From a virus, in IMG/VR virus record IMGVR_UViG_3300044706_000011, positions 1-39,960 of that record: a stretch of DNA of 39,960 bases. The stretch is one strand, 5' to 3'. Positions within the stretch are counted from its first letter, which is position 1. Each line of letters begins with the position of its first letter. Positions 16,015 to 21,012 of this stretch are shown piece by piece. Under the pieces are notes generated by a model that saw nothing but the letters and a program-made list of their open reading frames with translations, was not told the DNA's origin and made no database searches. A program made the translations under genes and the position numbers.

Positions 16015-16093
16015 TCTGTAGGGGCTCCTTACGGGAGCCAATCGGCGGCACTAACTTTCTCCGCCCGCCACAACAGTTATCGATTGCTGCTCG

Positions 16094-16214
16094 TGTGGTA
16101 GCCGGTGCTGAATTTCCGGCATACGGATCCTTATCCGCTTGTTCCCGTCCCTGACTACCCACCGTTTGGAACCGTGGTCCGCCAGTTGGCGCATCAGCCT
16201 GCGCATTCACCACA
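16094..16214 (-). ncRNA. Module B: second copy of the conserved-termini / variable-core element
   Basis: Left end tgtggtagccggtgctgaatttccggc (16094-16120), right end gcatcagcctgcgcattcaccaca (16191-16214; 23/24 identical to A). The closing helix contains a G.U that would be an A-C mismatch on the + strand. Confidence 0.55.
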
Positions 16215-16290
16215 TGACGAGCACCTGTCCGGGCGTCCCCTTTAAGACAGGCCGCGACCAAGTGCCGCGTTCCTAGGATTGCTCGTCATG
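16213..16290 (-). ncRNA. 78-nt element closed by a perfect 11-bp helix, directly 5' of module B (same position as the tRNA-shaped element relative to module A)
   Basis: Minus sense CATGACGAGCA ... TGCTCGTCATG encloses two hairpins (CGCGG-CACTTGG-TCGCG and CCTGTC-N16-GACAGG). Confidence 0.5.
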
Positions 16291-16811
16291 TGATGACTGG
16301 CTTACGACCAGTCAGGCGAGCTATTCCCGTAATTCGCGCCGTAGTCTTTCGGCGTTGCAGCGGTTTGATGCATCCATGTGTCGATGCTTATTCGTGGCCA
16401 ACACATGGCGCACATCACGGGCTTTTCCCCTCGCGCTACCGAAGGATTGAAAGGTGCAACGCGCCACATTTGTTCAGTGCCGTTCTGTTCTCGGCCGTCA
16501 GGGCATTTCAGATCCCGCTGCGTCGATTTCCTGACCCGACATCAGGGCAAGCCTTGCGTTGTACGTCGGTGCAAGGCGATCCGTTAGCCGTATTACTTAC
16601 CCCGGCTCCGGGCGATTAGGTGCAGGCTCTTCCCCTGCTTGGCGATGCTCACCTGAGTCATCGCGTTGCCCGCGCTGCCACTTGGCTGCGGGCCGGCGGC
16701 CGACCAGGCGTTAGTTCATATATGCACTATGGGATTTGCTGTAACTTCGCATATCGCCTCCTGTCAGTAGTTGAGTCCTCGTTCATCGCTTGGGACCATC
16801 GCGCAAAAACT

Positions 16812-17015
16812 TCAGTCGTGTTTACTACTCATCCTTTGCATGAGGGCTCTGTGAATTTCAGTCCCATTGCTCCTGTACGGGATATCAAACTGCGCCTCCC
16901 ACTCTCGACGCCTGCGGTCGTCCTCCATCGCATACGCAACCGTGTACGCATCGCCTTCGTCGTCCTCGCGCCGCTGACGTGCGCTGTAGCCGAAGTCGTC
17001 GTAGTGGCGAGACAT
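16812..17015 (-). CDS. Hypothetical acidic/basic small protein (67 aa)
   Basis: The ATG at 17015 overlaps the upstream stop (TGATG). Last CDS before the ORF-free island. Confidence 0.55.
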   Translation of the reverse strand: MSRHYDDFGYSARQRREDDEGDAYTVAYAMEDDRRRREWEAQFDIPYRSNGTEIHRALMQRMSSKHD

Positions 17016-17122
17016 CAGAAGCAGCCCAGCAGGAACAGAACGCCGACGATGATCACGGCAACTGAGAAGACAGTTATGCCGTCTACGATCAGGTCGTGTG
17101 CGGTGTAGCGGTTGTGTTCCAT
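17015..17122 (-). CDS. 35-aa single-TMD peptide (MEHNRYTAHDLIVDGITVFSVAVIIVGVLFLLGCF)
   Basis: GGAGG SD 8 nt upstream. Starts 2 nt after the upstream stop. Confidence 0.5.
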   Translation of the reverse strand: MEHNRYTAHDLIVDGITVFSVAVIIVGVLFLLGCF

Positions 17123-17124
17123 GG

Positions 17125-17487
17125 TCAGGCCTCCGACACACCTAGAGCTGCACGTGCTTCCTCGGGCCAGTAGGTGCTTTCGTTCCAATTCGGCGTTTCG
17201 CTTTCCATGCGAAAGCACGGGATTTCTTCGCCATCAATTTCAAGAACTGGAGTGGCCCACGTAGACGCAAGATATGTGTACGTGTTCTCTTTCGGAACCG
17301 GAATACCATCGCGCCAGATCGTGCCCGAGGTCCATTCCATGTCGCTCGACAGGCCGGCGACGGCCTCAGCCGGATTGCGCTCAGCAATGATCTGTGCGGC
17401 CTTGATCCAGTCGAAGACCATCCGCTCACGGAAGCGGTTCGCTTCGCCCATTGCAAATGCTGTCAGTGTGTCCATTCTGTTCTCCAT
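17125..17487 (-). CDS. Hypothetical protein (120 aa; alternative ATG at 17475)
   Basis: Clean ORF. GGAGAA precedes the second ATG. Confidence 0.7.
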   Translation of the reverse strand: MENRMDTLTAFAMGEANRFRERMVFDWIKAAQIIAERNPAEAVAGLSSDMEWTSGTIWRDGIPVPKENTYTYLASTWATPVLEIDGEEIPCFRMESETPNWNESTYWPEEARAALGVSEA

Positions 17488-17535
17488 GCCCTACTGGGCG
17501 GTAACTGCCCGCAGTAGCGGGCGCGGTTGATCAGT

Positions 17536-17940
17536 TCAGTACTCCGGGCGAGCAACGATAAGGAAGCCACCGTAGTAGCCGTTGTGCTCGTTGTGGCTTG
17601 CCATCGTGAGGACGCCTTTGCTCGTCTGTATTTCGAGGAACTGCACCTCGTGCTCACCGTACTTGTCGTAGATGCCGGGCGCGTCTTTGATCTCAGCGCC
17701 CAGAAGCTTCGAGCCGACGTAGTCACCCAGCTTGTCGTCGGTGCACATGTAGCGCTTCTCGCAGCACGACTGGCCGTTATCGAATAGCTTCATGCGCGAG
17801 CCGTCGTCGAACGTGAAATGCAGTGCATCGTCATCGCCGAGCGACAGTGCGGTGATCGTTTTGCCGACGGCGGCGGTGAAGGTCTCGACCGTTTCTGCGT
17901 TACCGCCAAGCTGGCCGAGCATGACTCCCATTCCTAGCAT
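17536..17940 (-). CDS. Hypothetical protein (134 aa), first gene of the early-left operon
   Basis: GGAG SD. Lies 44 nt downstream of the predicted PL start. HNEHNGYYGGF motif of unknown function. Confidence 0.75.
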   Translation of the reverse strand: MLGMGVMLGQLGGNAETVETFTAAVGKTITALSLGDDDALHFTFDDGSRMKLFDNGQSCCEKRYMCTDDKLGDYVGSKLLGAEIKDAPGIYDKYGEHEVQFLEIQTSKGVLTMASHNEHNGYYGGFLIVARPEY

Positions 17941-17990
17941 CTTCTGCTCCTATCGGTTCGCCCTTCCGGGCTTGGTTGCGATGTAGAGCT

Positions 17991-18019
17991 ATATTAGCCC
18001 ACGGCTAATTGGAGTGCAA
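17991..18019 (-). promoter_or_regulatory. PL candidate: TTGCAC-17 nt-TAATAT (minus strand)
   Basis: -35 at 18019-18014 and -10 at 17996-17991. Overlapped by operator OL1. Same -10/operator arrangement as PR. Confidence 0.6.
17993..18009. promoter_or_regulatory. Operator OL1: perfect palindrome ATTAGCC-CAC-GGCTAAT
   Basis: 17-bp dyad with the same half-sites as OR1. Confidence 0.7.
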
Positions 18020-18026
18020 GCGATAT

Positions 18027-18043
18027 TTTCGCCAAAGGCTAAT
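18027..18043. promoter_or_regulatory. Operator OL2 (imperfect): TTTCGCC-AAA-GGCTAAT
   Basis: One perfect half-site, the other 5/7. 17 nt from OL1. Confidence 0.5.
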
Positions 18044-18106
18044 ATTTTCGATGGCAAGCTGTTGCGCTTGAGATGCGATCAAGCTGTTTAGGCGGCACGC
18101 CCGAGC

Positions 18107-18129
18107 ACCTGGACGCAAAAAAGCCGCGT
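18107..18129 (-). terminator. Rho-independent terminator after the moron gene (minus strand)
   Basis: Minus sense GCCGCG-CACGA-CGCGGC followed by TTTTTT. Confidence 0.75.
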
Positions 18130-18167
18130 CGTGCGCGGCATTGAAGGAGGGGGCTACGGGGATGGGA

Positions 18168-18416
18168 TCAGTTCAAAGGATTCCCTAACTTGCTAAGCAT
18201 CTCATCTATCGACTCAGACGGCTCTTTAGGCATCATCATCAGAATGTCATCCAGGCGACGATTGGTAGCCTCGGCATTCTCTACTAGTGACTGGCCGGCG
18301 CGATTAGCGGCATTGATACTCTGTTGCAATCTGTCAACAGAAGTGCGGAGTCCTCTCAGTTCCCAGAGTATGCAAAAAAGTACGGCACAAATGAGGTAAA
18401 CAGGAAATTCTGTCAT
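18168..18416 (-). CDS. AT-rich moron: 82-aa N-terminally anchored membrane protein between the repressor and PL (candidate lysogen-expressed exclusion factor)
   Basis: TMD FPVYLICAVLFCILW. Coiled-coil remainder. Visibly lower GC than its neighbours. Has its own downstream terminator. Confidence 0.65.
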   Translation of the reverse strand: MTEFPVYLICAVLFCILWELRGLRTSVDRLQQSINAANRAGQSLVENAEATNRRLDDILMMMPKEPSESIDEMLSKLGNPLN

Positions 18417-18535
18417 TTTACAAATTGGTTAGCTGTTAATAGAATCGTCCGACAATGCAATTGACCTAGCGCAAAATACTGTGCGGGTGTACAGTTGTTT
18501 GGTGCCAATTCTTGGCAGCCCATCCCCAAGAGATT

Positions 18536-18562
18536 TCAAAAGAGGCGCACAGAGACGGCGCC
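18536..18562 (-). terminator. Possible terminator downstream of the repressor gene (minus strand)
   Basis: Minus sense GGCGC-N9-GCGCC followed by TCTTTTG. Confidence 0.4.
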
Positions 18563-18720
18563 GTAACATAAGCCACCATGAGACTAAGTCTCACTAGGAG
18601 ATGCCGATGCAGAACTTCCCAGAGATACGAGAGATGTACGCCCAAATGAATGATGTCGGCCGGTCATACCTTGTCGGGATGGCCCGCCAAATCCTACGCA
18701 GTTTCCCAAGGAAAGATGTG

Positions 18721-19143
18721 TCATCTCCTCATGCTGAGCAAGTCATCGATGTCCATGCTCTCAATAACAAGCCGAACTGCGTCGTCTATGAGTTCCCGTT
18801 GATCGGAGTTCGCCAGACGGTAGACCGCAAGAAGACGGATCTCCGTTGAGGCTTCCTCAAGAATCTTTCGTAGAGCCACTGTTTGGGTGGTCTCTACGAG
18901 AGACACCTCCTGATGTTCAACGTCCATCCATCCTTCCGGCAGCCCCAAAGTCTTCTCAATCTCTCTACATGATCCACTGCTGATCACTCGTGGCTTACCA
19001 GTCACGGAATGAGTAGAGGCGTTCAACCATTGGCTCACCTGGGACTGGCCCTTTTGTAGCCGATCAGCGAGCCCCTGCACTCCTCCAGATTCATCTCGTA
19101 GGCGTCGTAAGTTATCGCGCCGTACATCTTCGATTTTTTTCAT
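18721..19143 (-). CDS. cI: CI-like repressor with N-terminal HTH and no S24 peptidase domain (140 aa from ATG 19143; GTG 19161 possible)
   Basis: GLADRLQKGQSQVSQWLN HTH-like segment. Divergent from the cro-like gene across operator-bearing DNA. The predicted PRM start coincides with ATG 19143. Confidence 0.8.
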   Translation of the reverse strand: MKKIEDVRRDNLRRLRDESGGVQGLADRLQKGQSQVSQWLNASTHSVTGKPRVISSGSCREIEKTLGLPEGWMDVEHQEVSLVETTQTVALRKILEEASTEIRLLAVYRLANSDQRELIDDAVRLVIESMDIDDLLSMRR

Positions 19144-19149
19144 TTTTGC

Positions 19150-19178
19150 ATTAGACGCCACGTTGGCTAAATGTTGAA
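19150..19178 (-). promoter_or_regulatory. PRM candidate: TTCAAC-17 nt-TCTAAT (minus strand), predicting a leaderless cI mRNA
   Basis: -35 at 19178-19173 and -10 at 19155-19150. The ATG at 19143 is 7 nt after the -10. Confidence 0.5.
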
Positions 19179-19194
19179 TTCGCCAATGGCTAAC
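19178..19194. promoter_or_regulatory. Operator OR2 (imperfect): ATTCGCC-AAT-GGCTAAC
   Basis: Related to the ATTAGCC-N3-GGCTAAT dyad. Abuts the PRM -35. Confidence 0.5.
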
Positions 19195-19201
19195 AACATG
19201 C

Positions 19202-19230
19202 TTGCGTTGCCATTAGCCTTGGGCTAATAT
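19202..19230 (+). promoter_or_regulatory. PR candidate: TTGCGT-17 nt-TAATAT, predicting a leaderless cro mRNA
   Basis: -35 at 19202-19207 and -10 at 19225-19230. The cro ATG at 19237 is 7 nt after the -10 and no SD is present. Confidence 0.55.
19212..19228. promoter_or_regulatory. Operator OR1: perfect palindrome ATTAGCC-TTG-GGCTAAT
   Basis: 17-bp dyad overlapping the PR spacer and -10. Confidence 0.7.
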
Positions 19231-19236
19231 GGATGC

Positions 19237-19479
19237 ATGAACCTGTCTACCTACCTTTCTCAGCAGCGAGGCCGAAAAGCAGCCTTGGCAAAAGCCATCG
19301 GCGTGCATGCCCCTGACATCAGTCGGTGGATCGCTGGCGTACGGCCGATTCCGTCCAAATACGGCGCAGCTATCGAGGCCGCCACCGGAGGCATCGTCAC
19401 ACGCAAAGACCTGTTCCCGAACGACTGGCGAAGCATCTGGCCCGAGCTGGAGCGTCGCCGTTCGCCTAAACCGCAGTAA
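19237..19479 (+). CDS. cro: Cro-like HTH regulator (YdaS/Cro-type)
   Basis: RKAALAKAIGVHAPDISRWIAGVRPIP HTH. Divergent from cI. Confidence 0.8.
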   Translation: MNLSTYLSQQRGRKAALAKAIGVHAPDISRWIAGVRPIPSKYGAAIEAATGGIVTRKDLFPNDWRSIWPELERRRSPKPQ

Positions 19480-19546
19480 CCCCCTTTAGCACCAGAAGCA
19501 CCAGAAGTCCAATCCTAGTAAACCCGCAACACCAAGGAGAAGCACC

Positions 19547-19801
19547 ATGTTTTACAACCCTGAAGCCCGTTACGACACGATCGAGATTTGCGTGAACCCG
19601 CAGGAGAAGAGCGACGCTAAGGCGCACTGCAAAGCTCTCGGTATCGGCTTGTCCACGTGGTATCGCGGACTGGGAAATGCCGAGCTCCAGCGGCATGGTA
19701 AGTCGGCATCGCATCCGAAGGAATCCCGGCACTGCCCGGGTGTGGGGCGACCGGCAAACCGTGCTGGCGGCGCGAAGGGAGCAATGCGGAGGCATCTTTG
19801 A
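19547..19801 (+). CDS. Hypothetical small protein in the cII position (84 aa)
   Basis: Strong AAGGAG SD. No confident motif. Confidence 0.6.
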   Translation: MFYNPEARYDTIEICVNPQEKSDAKAHCKALGIGLSTWYRGLGNAELQRHGKSASHPKESRHCPGVGRPANRAGGAKGAMRRHL

Positions 19802-19882
19802 TCTGCATGGCTTTCGCTTGCGAGGTCAGGAGACGCCAAAAAATAGCCCGGTCAAAAGCCGGAACCAAGAGGGAAAAGAACC

Positions 19883-20080
19883 TTGACAACTCAAACCGAA
19901 GAACCAGACGTGACGAAATTACTGTCGATGACTGACAACGTGGTGATCCGCGATCGCGAGTACGGAGCGGCTCGAAAAACGAGCGCCGAGAATCGCGAAT
20001 ACGGTCGGCTTCACAAGAGCATCACTGATCTGGCAAAAGTCGCGGCCAAGCTCCGCAAGGCCTGCGAGAAGGAGTCGTGA
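19883..20080 (+). CDS. Hypothetical protein (65 aa from a TTG start; ATG at 19928 possible)
   Basis: ORF with a weak SD that overlaps the next gene's start. Confidence 0.45.
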   Translation: MTTQTEEPDVTKLLSMTDNVVIRDREYGAARKTSAENREYGRLHKSITDLAKVAAKLRKACEKES

Positions 20081-20304
20081 TGGACGGACCAATTATCAAG
20101 CGCGAGACGATTCAAAAACTCGGCGCCGAAGCATACGACAAGGGCCGCGGCATCGACGACCACGGCATGAATCCTGGCTCCGCTGCTATCGCTGATTGGC
20201 GCTTGGGCTGGATCGAACGACGTGCCGAGGTCCGTGCTCAAGAGGCCCAAGCCACTGCAGAAATGGTGCTCGCTCTCGCAATCGCGATGGAGTGCCCGCC
20301 ATGA
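20080..20304 (+). CDS. Hypothetical protein (74 aa)
   Basis: AGGAG lies 5 nt upstream of the ATG at 20080. ATGA overlap downstream. Confidence 0.65.
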   Translation: MDGPIIKRETIQKLGAEAYDKGRGIDDHGMNPGSAAIADWRLGWIERRAEVRAQEAQATAEMVLALAIAMECPP

Positions 20305-20795
20305 GCAAGTCAAAAAAACCACGCAAGCAGTATCGCCCAAAGGGAACGTGCGACAACCCGCTCGGTATCTTCGGCGGCATGGGCGATACCCACCGCGACC
20401 ATCTGCGTCGCATCCAGACGCTGAATCACCTTGCGATGGTCGAAATGGCGCAAGGCCGGGGCACCCGCGAGCAGTGGAACCGCATCGTCGGCGCCATCAA
20501 CATCGCGAACGTCATGTGCGAAATGGGCATCGGCGACGAGTTCCGTCACGCTGTCCTGAAGGCTCGTGATGCCCTTTTGAACGTCGGCAAGCGTGCTGTC
20601 CTCAACGACGACCGCTTCATCTTTACCGGCGCCGAACTTACCTCCATCAACCTGGGCTTGGATTGCCATGATGCGCAGCTCGAGAACGTGCGCGCCATCG
20701 ACGTCGATCGTGCCGCAGACGAGGTTATGCGCCGCGTACGAAACCGCATCAACAGCACGAGCGTGACACGTGAACTGCATCCGGAGGCCGCATGA
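20301..20795 (+). CDS. Hypothetical protein (164 aa)
   Basis: ATGA overlaps on both sides. Basic N-terminus MSKSKKPRKQYRPKG. Confidence 0.7.
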   Translation: MSKSKKPRKQYRPKGTCDNPLGIFGGMGDTHRDHLRRIQTLNHLAMVEMAQGRGTREQWNRIVGAINIANVMCEMGIGDEFRHAVLKARDALLNVGKRAVLNDDRFIFTGAELTSINLGLDCHDAQLENVRAIDVDRAADEVMRRVRNRINSTSVTRELHPEAA

Positions 20796-21010
20796 TTGCC
20801 TACGAAGCCATCGGCCCCAATGCTAACGGCGATTTCATCATCGCTTACCCGACGCCAGGCGCTCCTCATGTCATGACGGCGGCTGGCTGCGCGTCGAGCA
20901 AGGACGCAGCAGAGCGCGAATGCGCACGTCTGAACGAAGCCCAGGTTGTCGACAAGCGCGAAGCGTTGGTTCGCGACGCAAACATGATCGTCCGGGACAA
21001 GGAGCGCTGA
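20792..21010 (+). CDS. Hypothetical protein (72 aa)
   Basis: ATGA overlap. Precedes the replication initiator. Confidence 0.6.
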   Translation: MIAYEAIGPNANGDFIIAYPTPGAPHVMTAAGCASSKDAAERECARLNEAQVVDKREALVRDANMIVRDKER

Positions 21011-21012
21011 CG

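Larger units (their letters stand above)
15625..16811 (-). other. ORF-free, hairpin-dense island (1,187 nt) inside the early-left operon: candidate large structured RNA locus
   Basis: No SD-preceded ORF in the transcribed sense (longest is 55 codons). Contains the tRNA-shaped element, two modules, and 11-13-bp helices. G.U pairs are valid only in the minus sense. Confidence 0.6.

Noticed and set aside
15783-16214. Modules A, B and C as recently transposed MITEs (their ends start TG and finish CA, like DDE transposon termini)
   Set aside because: The interiors are unrelated between copies, no target-site duplications flank any copy, and no transposase is present. The idea is kept only as an alternative to test by copy-number searches in host genomes.
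16292-16459. 55-codon minus-sense ORF (MWRVAPFNPSVARGEKPV...) inside the ORF-free island
   Set aside because: It has no SD and mediocre third-position GC. It spans several strong hairpins and is more simply read as part of the structured RNA region.
17488-17535. Two mutually exclusive hairpins (GCCCGC-TACT-GCGGGC and CTACTG-N15-CAGTAG, minus sense) between two early-left genes; possible attenuator
   Set aside because: There is no U-tract and no leader peptide. Short GC-rich hairpins are common in this genome, so the evidence is insufficient.
18601-18849. 82-aa plus-strand ORF (AGGAG SD) convergent with the repressor and overlapping its 3' end by 129 nt
   Set aside because: Its N-terminal 40 residues look protein-like. 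The C-terminal half, however, is antisense to a well-formed repressor C-terminus. Without outside evidence I do not call it, though it is worth a look in expression data.
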